Source: Gemmatimonadaceae bacterium (GTDB lineage Bacteria; Gemmatimonadota; Gemmatimonadetes; Gemmatimonadales; Gemmatimonadaceae). Taken from it: a stretch of 64,000 bases of DNA. The stretch spans positions 288,001-352,000 of the forward strand of contig JBJMOW010000005.1 of the NCBI GenBank assembly GCA_045803545.1, written 5' to 3'. The translations under genes were made by a program, and so were the position numbers. The notes below the pieces were generated by a model. It saw nothing but the letters and a program-made list of their open reading frames with translations, was not told the origin of the DNA and made no database searches. Each line of letters begins with the position of its first letter. The stretch's first letter is position 1. Shown piece after piece: positions 18,660-28,521 of this stretch.

Positions 18660-21145
18660 TTCCTTACGAGTGCGACGTAGGTGAGAGCCAGCGACGCGAG
18701 CGTGGCGATGATGTTGGACGTGGTGGCGATGTTTTGTGCGAAGTTGCCTGGCTTCGAGGGTGGTCGGTCGGGAACACGGATAATCGAACCGGCAAGAATC
18801 GGCGGCGGGCTATCCGGTAGCAGGAAGCGGTGGACAGTACCAATCGCTCGTCCCGATGGGTACGTCACCAGCGTACGAGAAACATCGCCGTCCAGCGTCA
18901 CTCCACCGGCAAGCTCAAGGTATTCGTTTAGGGAACGACCCTCCTTGTACAACACGAGAGACGGACGCGAAACTGCGCCAACAACATAGACTGTGTTGCT
19001 CTGGGGACCGAGAAAGAGTTGATCGTCGGCCTGTAGTCGCGGATTCTGATCCTTGTTTCCTTTCATCGCGGCCTCCAGATCGACCGCAACAAGTTGCCCG
19101 GCGCGGACCAACCGGAAGCTTGCCAGGTATGCATCGGGCAACGCACCGCCTGCTCGCTGAACGACCTCGAGCAATCGGTCGTCACCGGCGCTGATCGGAT
19201 ACGATCCCGGGAATCGAAACAATCCGGACACGTCGACAAATCGCTGCTGCCTGAAGCCCGGCGAGGCCCTCACGAGGACACGGTCGTCGCGTTCGAGCAC
19301 GAACTGTTTTGCCCGTGGATCGAGGACACCCGATCCGTCGATTGCGAAACGGGTGACGATGCTGGTCGTATCCGAGTAATCTCGCGCGCGACGGCGACGT
19401 GCGACTTCGACCGCGGCAGCGTCCTCTCCCAAGCCTCCAACAAGATCAATGACGTCTTGCAGCGTCTGTCGTTCCGCAAACGGCAGCTGGCCAGGCCGAT
19501 GGACCGCTCCGACAACCTGAATTTTTCCCTCGGGAAAGGCCTCACGACCGTCAAGAACCGAAACGCGGTCGTATTCCCTTAGCTGAAAGAGTTGTGCTGC
19601 GGGATCGCGCAGGTCCAGCGAAATTATCTCGGTTCGACCGGTTTCCGAAACAGGGCGGCTCACTTTGATTCGGTCAGTCATTGCCCAAGGCATAGCTCCC
19701 TGGGCCGACTCGATCAGATTGCCTAGTGTCATACCTGGCGTGAGTTGATACGTGCCAGGCTTGAAGACCTCTCCGCTCAGAGTGACGACATTGCGCCTCA
19801 TGTCGCCGATCGGGAACACCGTCACAACGTCGCCAGCCTGCAACGATATCGAGGATAGCGAGTCCACTCTGCCGTTGATACGTACGTCGAGCACGACCCG
19901 CTCCCTGCCCGGTGTACGCTGCTCCGCGGGCAGAATGCGATCGATCTGGACGCGCTCGACCGCGGCACTGGGGGTAAGGCCGCCGCTGAATCTAAGCAGA
20001 TCAGCGAATCCTTCTTCTTGCTTCAACTCGAAGATCCCCGGCCTTCTCACCGCACCACGCAAGCCGATAGAGCGCAAATTCAATGGTACGAAAACCACAT
20101 CGCCCTGTTCAGTTCGAACATCGGTGCTCGCATCGCCTCTCAACAGGTAATCGTATAGATCGAGGCGGTTGACGACCGTTCCTCCGCGCCTGACCTCGAT
20201 GATACGAAATGATCCGCGATCGGTTGGACCTCCGGCGCGGGCGACCGCGTGAAACACCGTTGAAAGAGCGTTCACCTGATATGCTCCGGGACGCTCGACT
20301 TCGCCCGTTACAAACACGACATTCGAACGGACACGAGCGACGCTCAGATCTAGGCTGCTTTCACCATTGCTCAAGCCACTGTATGATCGGGCTGCCCTTT
20401 GACGAACCAACGTTCTAGCCGCGTCGAGCGTCAGCCCCGCGATTGAAATCTGCCCGACTTGCGGGATTACGATTGAGCCGTCACGTCTGACTTCGAGCTG
20501 ATAAGCCATCTCGACACTCCCCGTCATCACCAGCTGCAGCTGATCGCCCGCGCCGATTCTATAGGAGGGGTCGACGGGTCCGGATGTTACCGGATCAAAT
20601 AGCGTTGATGTACGACCAAAGAGTGTCTTGCCAATAGTGCGTAGCTCGCCCGACGAGGGTCGCGAACTGGACGGTGCTGACGCGGCCAATGGCGCAGCGT
20701 CGATCGTTTCAACCGGATCAGGCTCGTCAGCATCGTCGCCTACCGAGAGTGGACGCAAAATACCTGCATTCCGCAGAGCGTCCACAAATGCGGATGGCGG
20801 GGATGACACCGAGGCGCTCGCCGCAGATCCCCCTCCTCCGAGATAGGAATCGGCCAAATGAGGGTCGTATCCCGCCGCGCTCAAACGGAGGCGAATTTCC
20901 TGTGCGGTAAGTCCCGACCGCAGTATCGCGTTCAGAATGTCCTGCTGAGACGGAGCCTTACCTGACTGTCCAGCGGGAGCCTGGCCCGTAACGCCACGAA
21001 TACTGTCGAGAACATCCGCGCGCGGATTGCTCGTACCCGCGGTCTGACCAGCAGCGCGATGTACAGCGAGGCAGCTGATTAGCGAATACACGACAACCCG
21101 GCGGTGACGAGGCCCGCCGATCAGATTGAATCGAATCCGACGCAT
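18656..21145 (-). CDS. Polysaccharide export protein with Poly_export and multiple SLBB domains (KpsD/Wza-like)
   Basis: YRIGAGDQL (Poly_export) and repeated V.GEV.RPG.Y...AGG SLBB units; C-terminal amphipathic helix. Confidence 0.88.
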   Translation of the reverse strand: MRRIRFNLIGGPRHRRVVVYSLISCLAVHRAAGQTAGTSNPRADVLDSIRGVTGQAPAGQSGKAPSQQDILNAILRSGLTAQEIRLRLSAAGYDPHLADSYLGGGGSAASASVSSPPSAFVDALRNAGILRPLSVGDDADEPDPVETIDAAPLAASAPSSSRPSSGELRTIGKTLFGRTSTLFDPVTSGPVDPSYRIGAGDQLQLVMTGSVEMAYQLEVRRDGSIVIPQVGQISIAGLTLDAARTLVRQRAARSYSGLSNGESSLDLSVARVRSNVVFVTGEVERPGAYQVNALSTVFHAVARAGGPTDRGSFRIIEVRRGGTVVNRLDLYDYLLRGDASTDVRTEQGDVVFVPLNLRSIGLRGAVRRPGIFELKQEEGFADLLRFSGGLTPSAAVERVQIDRILPAEQRTPGRERVVLDVRINGRVDSLSSISLQAGDVVTVFPIGDMRRNVVTLSGEVFKPGTYQLTPGMTLGNLIESAQGAMPWAMTDRIKVSRPVSETGRTEIISLDLRDPAAQLFQLREYDRVSVLDGREAFPEGKIQVVGAVHRPGQLPFAERQTLQDVIDLVGGLGEDAAAVEVARRRRARDYSDTTSIVTRFAIDGSGVLDPRAKQFVLERDDRVLVRASPGFRQQRFVDVSGLFRFPGSYPISAGDDRLLEVVQRAGGALPDAYLASFRLVRAGQLVAVDLEAAMKGNKDQNPRLQADDQLFLGPQSNTVYVVGAVSRPSLVLYKEGRSLNEYLELAGGVTLDGDVSRTLVTYPSGRAIGTVHRFLLPDSPPPILAGSIIRVPDRPPSKPGNFAQNIATTSNIIATLASLALTYVALVRK

Positions 21146-21599
21146 TCAGTAACTACTCCACGACAACCGCAGGTAAGCGGCGGGTAAACATACGATCGTG
21201 CACCACGTGACGCAATCCAGCAAGAAACGAAGGCGGGCGACCTTCATCGCTAACATCGCGCACAATCTTCCGCAATGAACCCTCTGCGTATGTTCGAACA
21301 ATGACGCACAGATTACGGAGGGGCGTCGAGCCCGTCACGACTTATCGGAGTCTCAGTAAATCCACGACTCCCATCTTTGCCGAATTGAGGTAGCGTGGTG
21401 AATTGGCGTCTTGTGGCCCAAGTGATGCTTAGCGCTTCTAGACAATCAGAGAAATGTGGACCGCACGATGCATGCAAGGTAGACTAGTCGCTAAGCGATA
21501 GCCGTGATACTTTAGTTTGCCGGTCGGCGCGTTCGGGATTTCCGCAGACGCAGTCAGCTCCACATCTTCTTTTCCGCTTCCTTCACAGCACGCTAGCAA

Positions 21600-23525
21600 G
21601 TGACAGAATTCAAAACGCTTCTCCCACGGCGGATGAGGAACCGGCACCTCTTCCTGTTCGACGCCGCAGCGCTGGTTTTATCACCGCTGATTGCGTTTCT
21701 GGTGCGTTTTGAAGATCTCGCGTGGATTGGGATCAACCTGCGGATGGTGCTGCCGTACGTCCTTCTGGCCGGCCCACTCCGCCTAACCGCGTTTTACAAT
21801 CTCGGCATGTACCGCCGTCTCTGGCGACACGCCAGCATCGGCGAACTAAAGCAGGTGCTCGTTGCCGGCGGCATGGCCGCGCTCATCGCAGGAATCATTG
21901 GTCTCTGGTTTATGCCTTCGGCGCAGATCACGGCTTCGCGTATTCCGTTTTCCGTGGTCTTTATCGATGCCTTCCTTACTACCGCCGCGATCGCTTTGCC
22001 AAGACTGTTGGCGAGAACGATGCGAGTCAGAAACCCGCGGCGCCGTCGTTCTGATCCGGGAAGACCTGCTCTTATTGTAGGCGCCGGGGACACCGCCAAG
22101 CTCGTAGCCAAAGAACTCCTCGCCAACCCGCGACTTGGGTTTGAACCGATCGGATTTGTCGACGACGATCCCACAAAACAGAATCACATGCTCCTCGAAC
22201 TGCCGATCATGGGGCCCCTCAGCGCCATCAAAGCAATTGTAGAGCAGCACGGCATTTCGGAGCTGGTCATCGCAATGCCATCTGCTCATGGCGACGTGGT
22301 AAGGAAAGTCGTGCGCGCCGGACTGGATTGCGGAATTCCTACGCTGACCGTTCCAAGCTTGCCTGAGTTGATTTCGGCCAAAACGAACGGCACCAGTCTA
22401 CGAGAGGTTGAGATTCAGGATCTGCTCAGGCGCGAGCCAGTCGAAACTGATCTCGCAGCAGTTGCCGAACTGGCGACGGGCGAAGCAGTTCTAATTACCG
22501 GTGCCGGCGGGTCGATTGGAAGCGAACTCTGTCGGCAGGTCGCTCGACTCGCCCCGACTAAAGTCGTGCTGCTGGGGCATGGAGAGAACTCGATTTTCGA
22601 TATTCTGCACGAGCTGAGGGCGGATTTCCCTGGCGTTCTCTTCCAACCCGTCATTGGCGACGTGAGAGACCGGCGCCGAGTGGCTTCGATTTTTGCGACC
22701 TACCGGCCCCACGCCGTATTTCATGCCGCGGCTCACAAACACGTTCCGCTGATGGAAGAGAACGTAATTGAGGCGATAACGAACAATGTGTTCGGCACGC
22801 TGAACGTCGTCGACGCTGCTTTGGAATCTCGATGCGAGCACTTCGTGTTCATTTCCACCGATAAAGCGGTGCGGCCCACCAGCGTAATGGGAGCGACCAA
22901 ACGCATTGCCGAACTGATCGTGCAACACGCCGCGGTCAAGTACGAGCGAAACTTTGTATCCGTGCGCTTTGGAAACGTGTTGGGCAGTCGTGGAAGCGTC
23001 GTGCCGACATTTCTTCGGCAGATCAGGGCGGGCGGCCCTGTCACGGTCACGCATCCAGAGATGCAACGCTATTTCATGACTATTCCGGAGGCGGTGCAGT
23101 TGGTGTTGCAGGCTGGGGCCCTGGGTCGCGGTGGAGAGGTGTTCCTTCTCGATATGGGCGAGCCCATCAGAATTGTCGACGTTGCGACGGACTTGATTCG
23201 CCTCTCGGGGCTTACCGTTGGACGCGATATTGAAATTAAGTTCACGGGGATGCGCCCCGGCGAGAAGCTTTATGAAGAAATGTTCTTCAGCGCTGAGAAC
23301 GTGCTGATGACTGACCATCCTAAAGTCCTGCGCGCTCGCAATGGGATTCTCCCAGAAGGAGTAATGCGCCGCATCGAGGCTATGGTTGCTGCTGCGGAAG
23401 CCGAACATCCCGACGAAGAGTTGCGCCAGATCCTGCGCAGTCTGGTACCCGACTTTCATCCACATCCGTCGCCTTCAGCGCCAGCTGAAGTGGACCCGAA
23501 GGAAATCTCCGTACTCAGGGCGTAA
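21600..23525 (+). CDS. Membrane-bound UDP-GlcNAc 4,6-dehydratase (CapD/WbpM/PglF family)
   Basis: 4 N-terminal TMs, IVGAG, ITGAGGSIGSEL, HAAAHKHVP, STDKAV.P..VMGATK, RFGNVLGSRGSV, RPGEKLYEE. Confidence 0.95.
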   Translation: MTEFKTLLPRRMRNRHLFLFDAAALVLSPLIAFLVRFEDLAWIGINLRMVLPYVLLAGPLRLTAFYNLGMYRRLWRHASIGELKQVLVAGGMAALIAGIIGLWFMPSAQITASRIPFSVVFIDAFLTTAAIALPRLLARTMRVRNPRRRRSDPGRPALIVGAGDTAKLVAKELLANPRLGFEPIGFVDDDPTKQNHMLLELPIMGPLSAIKAIVEQHGISELVIAMPSAHGDVVRKVVRAGLDCGIPTLTVPSLPELISAKTNGTSLREVEIQDLLRREPVETDLAAVAELATGEAVLITGAGGSIGSELCRQVARLAPTKVVLLGHGENSIFDILHELRADFPGVLFQPVIGDVRDRRRVASIFATYRPHAVFHAAAHKHVPLMEENVIEAITNNVFGTLNVVDAALESRCEHFVFISTDKAVRPTSVMGATKRIAELIVQHAAVKYERNFVSVRFGNVLGSRGSVVPTFLRQIRAGGPVTVTHPEMQRYFMTIPEAVQLVLQAGALGRGGEVFLLDMGEPIRIVDVATDLIRLSGLTVGRDIEIKFTGMRPGEKLYEEMFFSAENVLMTDHPKVLRARNGILPEGVMRRIEAMVAAAEAEHPDEELRQILRSLVPDFHPHPSPSAPAEVDPKEISVLRA

Positions 23526-23546
23526 CACCGCTCAAGGCGAACACCG

Positions 23547-24614
23547 TTGGCGCTAGGGAATTCGCGAGAAATTTACGGCGTTTGGACGCATGCCTCCCCA
23601 GAGAGCGCCAACCTTGAAGCGCGACTCGCAGCACGTGGCTTGAATGCGCTTGACCCCCCGTGGAGCGCCAGCGGGGATGGCCAGTCGGACGACCTGGCAA
23701 AATTAGATGCGCTGATTAACCAATCCACGCCGACTGGCGGAACTTGCACCATTCCCGGTGGCCGCACATACCTGATCGGAGGGACTCTTTCAGTCCGGCG
23801 GTCCGACATCACCATCGTTATGACCGGTGCGATCCTGAAGCACTCGGGCAGCGGCGCCGCGTTCGTGGCCGACGGGACCCAGATTCAGAACGGCTTGTCG
23901 AACGTTGAGATCGTGGGCGGTCTCGTAGACGGCAACGCGAAAACAACGATTGCCTGGCGTTTTCGAAAATGCGGTCGGTGCAGATTCGTTGGGCAACGTG
24001 CACGAAATTGCGCACTGAGAGCGTTTTCTCTGGAGCACTGCGTCGCCTGCGAGTTCTACAATCCGCGATGCACTCGGAACGATCCCGGAATGACACTGAC
24101 GCCCGAGGTGGGACTCTTCATGGATTCCATTGGTCTCAATCAGAATTCCACGGACTGCGTTGTAGTAAATCCAGCCTTCGAGGGACTGACGAACGGACGC
24201 GGATTCGAATTTCGTTACGCTACCGGCAACACCATCATCGGTGGCACAAGCGAAGCAAACGCGATCGGTATTAGGCAGCTCGATGGCGCTTCAGCAAACC
24301 GGTTCATCGGCACTTTCTTCGAAGCAAACTCCCAAGCCGATGTCGACGACGCTGGGTTTTTCAACATCTACGACAATTGCCACTGTAGCAGCCCGGGCGG
24401 CGCGCGATTTCGAGCATCGTCGTACCGCTGCACGATCCGTGATGGCTACTTTCCGACGGGTATCACAATCGAGCGAAATTGTCGTGGAGTGTTACTGGAC
24501 GGAATCGCATACGACGGTGTCATCTCGGATCATGGCATAGATACCAGGAGACGAAATGTCTGGCACATTCCGGCCGCTCGTTTCGAAGATGATGTGAATT
24601 CACCGCCAGCATAG
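23547..24614 (+). CDS. Right-handed beta-helix (pectate-lyase-like) protein; start uncertain
   Basis: GDGQSDD..L..LI...GG...IPGG.TY Pectate_lyase_3-type N-terminal motif, followed by Asn/Cys/Ile-stacked repeats. Confidence 0.65.
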   Translation: MALGNSREIYGVWTHASPESANLEARLAARGLNALDPPWSASGDGQSDDLAKLDALINQSTPTGGTCTIPGGRTYLIGGTLSVRRSDITIVMTGAILKHSGSGAAFVADGTQIQNGLSNVEIVGGLVDGNAKTTIAWRFRKCGRCRFVGQRARNCALRAFSLEHCVACEFYNPRCTRNDPGMTLTPEVGLFMDSIGLNQNSTDCVVVNPAFEGLTNGRGFEFRYATGNTIIGGTSEANAIGIRQLDGASANRFIGTFFEANSQADVDDAGFFNIYDNCHCSSPGGARFRASSYRCTIRDGYFPTGITIERNCRGVLLDGIAYDGVISDHGIDTRRRNVWHIPAARFEDDVNSPPA

Positions 24615-24622
24615 ATGGCGAG

Positions 24623-24877
24623 ATGAGTGCGAACGTCCACTCCCACGGCCACGTCTTCCATGATGGGCCATGGACAGACTTCCCCGTTCCCGCGGGACCC
24701 CGCGGTGCCTGGACACTGCAAACAAGGCTTTGGGCAGTCCGACTTCATGATGATCCGTTCGACTTCAAACCGGTTTTCGTTGACAGCATCGAGCCGCCTA
24801 GTCTGCGTGCTCCCGCTACCTCGCTCGGTTACTACGCGTTAACGACATCCGGGTGGCGATGGTCTCCGTGTGAATGA
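24623..24877 (+). CDS. Small hypothetical protein
   Basis: 84-aa ORF filling the gap between the beta-helix gene and the convergent methyltransferase; no recognisable motif. Confidence 0.3.
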   Translation: MSANVHSHGHVFHDGPWTDFPVPAGPRGAWTLQTRLWAVRLHDDPFDFKPVFVDSIEPPSLRAPATSLGYYALTTSGWRWSPCE

Positions 24878-24889
24878 GTCGAACAACGC

Positions 24890-25645
24890 TCACGTGCGCC
24901 CGATCATGTAGAGGTCGCTGCACAATGATGGTTTGACGCGGAGTAGCCTATCTGCGAACGGCGTCACAAACTGCGTGATATGATTGGGTGAAATTGAGCC
25001 GGCGAAATTACGGCCGATGATCTCTACATCCCTTAGGTTCAGATCATTGCCAATTCGTTCCAGGTCCGCGCGAACAGGTTCGCGGACATGCGACCGGAAT
25101 ATGGGTTTGTCATACCACTCGCTGAATTGGGACCAGTTGCTTTTACCGAGGAGTACAGCCACACGCTTTCTCAGGTTGACTGCGTTTGGCACACCGATAA
25201 CGAAAAGACCGCTCCGCCTAAGACTATCGCGCAGCGTATGGAGAACCGGCTTGGGTGAGCCGTGAAGGTGCTCCAACACGTCGAAAGAAGTGACGACGTC
25301 GAGTGAGTCGGGGTCGAGCGCAAGACAGCTCGACATGAAATCGGTTCGGCACAGCGTGACGCCCAATGACTCAAGTGTGCGCCACAGCTCGGAGTGATCG
25401 ACTGTGTTGTCCTTGTAGTCATCAACTACGGTGGCTTTCAGTCCAGCCTGAACGCATGCGGCCCCGAAGAACCCATTGCCACCGCCCAAGTCGAGCAGGC
25501 CTGCTCCTTTGCCTACACGAGCTGTTACAAGCTCGAGCTGGAACTGTATTCGCTCAAGAGACCCAATTATTTCAGGATGGTAGGCGGCGGGAAATTTGCG
25601 AGCGAGCGAATGTAGCGAGCCCGGAAGGCCTTTAGTCTCGTGCAT
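24890..25645 (-). CDS. Class I SAM-dependent methyltransferase
   Basis: Start taken at MHETK (25645). LLDLGGGNG, DVVTSFDVLEHL, IGVPN, HVRE. Confidence 0.85.
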   Translation of the reverse strand: MHETKGLPGSLHSLARKFPAAYHPEIIGSLERIQFQLELVTARVGKGAGLLDLGGGNGFFGAACVQAGLKATVVDDYKDNTVDHSELWRTLESLGVTLCRTDFMSSCLALDPDSLDVVTSFDVLEHLHGSPKPVLHTLRDSLRRSGLFVIGVPNAVNLRKRVAVLLGKSNWSQFSEWYDKPIFRSHVREPVRADLERIGNDLNLRDVEIIGRNFAGSISPNHITQFVTPFADRLLRVKPSLCSDLYMIGRT

Positions 25646-25791
25646 TGGACTTGAATAGCAGCATGCAACCAACGCGCCCATCGCTCCTCGAACGCTAGCT
25701 CGCGAAATCGACGAGAGTTTCCAGAGCTTGTTCCGACCTCCTCAACAAGTTCTGCAGCAACCGCGTACTCTGGGCTGAACGGGGCGGACCG

Positions 25792-27225
25792 ATGCAATGG
25801 TTGAAGACCCTGACACTGCTCTCGCTATCCGCTTTGTGCGCCTGTTCTGGCGATAGTGATTTGGTGTCTTTTGTAAAGACCCCACCGCCGGCGCGCATCA
25901 CCACCATTCAACCTCTCCCAAGCGAGTCACTCGGCGCGCTGGTTGTTCACGGAGTATCGTCGGGCGCTGAAGTTCGCGCTCTCTGTGTCGCAATCGACAG
26001 CTCAGAAACTTTGCGCACACCGTGGCAGGCGTCCGACTCGGCGATCGTGATTCTCGGTCTGAAACCAGGATCCAGTTACGTCATTCAAGTCGAACAACTC
26101 TACGATGGCCGCACCGTCCCTGGTCAGACTGTCGACTACGCTGTGCCTCCATTGCCCATTGGGCTCCAGCAAGTAAGCATCAGCATGACCGGCAATTTGA
26201 GTGGAGGTTACTCGATGGCCCCGATTGGCGGGATTGACGGCCATGGCTATCTGATCATCTTCGACTCGGTCGGTATCATTCGCTGGTTCCGCGACTTCGG
26301 CTCGCAGGTTGTTTTCGCCACCACGCAGCAGAAGAACGGACACATAACCGCGTTCGTCGGAAGCTCGACAGGTTTCAACGCGGCGTCAGGTACCTACGTC
26401 GAAGTTACTCGCAGCGGTGACTCAGTCCGCAGCATCAGCGCCCTCGGCAGCGATTACACAGATCCACACGAGTTACTCCAAAGCTTCGACCGCGACGGAA
26501 ACCGCCGCGCAGATTATTTGTTTGGATACAGTTTCCGCACTTTCGATCGCACGCAGATCGGCGGCGGGCCTTCCGACGCGATTGCGGTGCATCAACTCCT
26601 GAGGATCAATCTCACCGGCACGGTCGATACTCTTATTGCCGGCGATGAACAATGGGGCCCAGCTGATGATGTCGCCCCGCCCCTTATAGCCGATCTCGAT
26701 CATCCGAACTCGATTGATTTCGATTTCGACGGCGGCGTGATCGTCTCATATCGCAATCTCAGCGCTATCGTCAAAGTAAATAGCCGCACCTACCAGTTTG
26801 CGTGGCAGTTCGGCGGAACGCATAACCAATTCACACTGATTGGCGATCCGTTTGGCGGCTTCGATTCACAACACACCGCTCGGGTCTTACCGAGCGGTCA
26901 CTTATTGATCTTTGACAATGGCTGGAATCATTCGCCGCAGCAGTCGCGCGCGGTGGAGTACGCGATCGATACTGTTGCCAAAACCGCGACAATGGTGTGG
27001 CAGTACTCCGCTGACCCGCCAATCTTCAACGACTTTACCGGCTCGGCACAGCGACTGGAAAACGGTAACACTGTCGTCGCGTTCACGCGCCACGGCACCG
27101 TTGATGAAGTTGCCCCAGATGGCACTCTCCTCGGGCGCGCCACAATCGAGTCGGCGCGCGGACGGATTGCTACACCCTATCGCGTGACCCGGGTCAAGAG
27201 TCTTTATTCGTTCGAGCGACCGTAA
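25792..27225 (+). CDS. Aryl-sulfate sulfotransferase (ASST family) lipoprotein
   Basis: Lipobox LCA-C; DPHE, DHPNSID, SYRN, WQFGG, SQHTAR, LIFDNG, SRAVEY, GSAQRLENGNT. Confidence 0.85.
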   Translation: MQWLKTLTLLSLSALCACSGDSDLVSFVKTPPPARITTIQPLPSESLGALVVHGVSSGAEVRALCVAIDSSETLRTPWQASDSAIVILGLKPGSSYVIQVEQLYDGRTVPGQTVDYAVPPLPIGLQQVSISMTGNLSGGYSMAPIGGIDGHGYLIIFDSVGIIRWFRDFGSQVVFATTQQKNGHITAFVGSSTGFNAASGTYVEVTRSGDSVRSISALGSDYTDPHELLQSFDRDGNRRADYLFGYSFRTFDRTQIGGGPSDAIAVHQLLRINLTGTVDTLIAGDEQWGPADDVAPPLIADLDHPNSIDFDFDGGVIVSYRNLSAIVKVNSRTYQFAWQFGGTHNQFTLIGDPFGGFDSQHTARVLPSGHLLIFDNGWNHSPQQSRAVEYAIDTVAKTATMVWQYSADPPIFNDFTGSAQRLENGNTVVAFTRHGTVDEVAPDGTLLGRATIESARGRIATPYRVTRVKSLYSFERP

Positions 27226-27233
27226 TCTCGTCG

Positions 27234-28433
27234 CTAGTCGTCGTCGACCTGCTCCCCCACCCTCCTCACAATCTCATCCCCGATCGCCAACGACGCCGTC
27301 GCACCCGGGCTCGGCGCGTTGACCACATGCAGCGCCCGCGGCCGCTCGACGAAAGCAAAATCCTGGACCAACCGCCCGTCGCGCGACATTGCCTGCGCTC
27401 TCACCCCCGCCCCGCCTGGTTCCAAGTCCTCATCCCTCAGCTCGGGAACCAGCCGCCGCAATGAATCCCCGAACGACCGGGCTGAGAATGACCGACGCAC
27501 CTCGGCGATGCACATCCGCGAATGAGTGGCGAGAAATTTCCAGAGTCCACCATACGACAGAGCGTCCCACAGGTCGCCGACGTCGACGTCGCGCTTCCGA
27601 TAGCCTTCGCGCGCGAGGGCGAGCACGGCATTGGGTCCGGCTTCGATGCCCCCCGCGATCAGCCGCGTGAAATGGACGCCGAGGAATGGAAAAACGGCAT
27701 CAGGCACGGGGTAAATGAGATTCCGCACCAATGACCGCGCCTGTGATTTGAGCTTGTAGTACTCCCCCCGAAAGGGCACGATGCGCACGTCGCGCGGCGT
27801 CCCGGTGAGCTCCGCGATGCGGTCGCTGTGCAGGCCGGCGCACCCCACCACGAAATCTGCGGTGACTTCGGCCTTCCCGTTCGCCACCAGCCACTCCTTC
27901 CCGCGCTCGGCGATCGAGTTTACCTCGAATCCGGTGCGGATCTCGCCGCCGCGACCGCGAATCTCGTCGCCGAGTGCGCGACAGACCGCGGGATAGTCGA
28001 TGATCCCCTCCTCCGGCACGTGCAGCGCGGCGACGCCGGCGCAATGCGGCTCGAGGCGCCGAATCTCGTCACCCTCGAGCCAGCGGATTCCTTTCAGCCC
28101 GTTCTGTCTGCCTCGGTCTTCCAGTTTGCGCAGGCCGCCCACTTCCGAAGCGTCGGTCGCGACGACGAGCTTGCCGCAGATCTCGTGGGGGATGTCGTGA
28201 TCTCTGGCGAACGCAGTCATTTGCCTGATGCCGTCGACGGCCAGGCGCGCCTTCGCCGATCCTGGCGCGTAGTACAATCCCGCGTGCAAAACTCCGCTGT
28301 TGTGCCCGGATTGATGCTGGCCGAGGCCGGACTCCTTCTCCAGCAGCGTGATTTTCCACTGCGGATGTGCCAGCTGCAGCTTGTGCGCGGCCGCCAGGCC
28401 AATGATCCCGCCACCAACAACCGCTACGCGCAT
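27234..28433 (-). CDS. lhgO: L-2-hydroxyglutarate oxidase (FAD-dependent)
   Basis: GGGIIG, HQSGHNSGVLHAGLYY.PGS.KA, PFRGEY, FPFLGVHFT, GVRAQA, NAPSPGATASL. Confidence 0.92.
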   Translation of the reverse strand: MRVAVVGGGIIGLAAAHKLQLAHPQWKITLLEKESGLGQHQSGHNSGVLHAGLYYAPGSAKARLAVDGIRQMTAFARDHDIPHEICGKLVVATDASEVGGLRKLEDRGRQNGLKGIRWLEGDEIRRLEPHCAGVAALHVPEEGIIDYPAVCRALGDEIRGRGGEIRTGFEVNSIAERGKEWLVANGKAEVTADFVVGCAGLHSDRIAELTGTPRDVRIVPFRGEYYKLKSQARSLVRNLIYPVPDAVFPFLGVHFTRLIAGGIEAGPNAVLALAREGYRKRDVDVGDLWDALSYGGLWKFLATHSRMCIAEVRRSFSARSFGDSLRRLVPELRDEDLEPGGAGVRAQAMSRDGRLVQDFAFVERPRALHVVNAPSPGATASLAIGDEIVRRVGEQVDDD

Positions 28434-28451
28434 CGATCTATCCGCACCCCG

Positions 28452-28482
28452 CCCGCGCCCGCGCCCGCGCCCGCGCCCCGCG
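28452..28482 (-). repeat. (CCCGCG)n hexamer tandem repeat, G-rich on the minus (sense) strand
   Basis: Four exact CCCGCG copies at 28452-28475 plus one offset copy, in the fcl-lhgO spacer. Confidence 0.85.
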
Positions 28483-28521
28483 TCTCCATCCCCCGTCCCT
28501 CATCCACATCCCCGATCCCGC

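Noticed and set aside
21386..21397. TGAGGTAGCGTG, similar to the RfaH ops element
   Set aside because: Two mismatches in the conserved GGCGGTAG core, no JUMPStart context and no NusG paralogue in the window.
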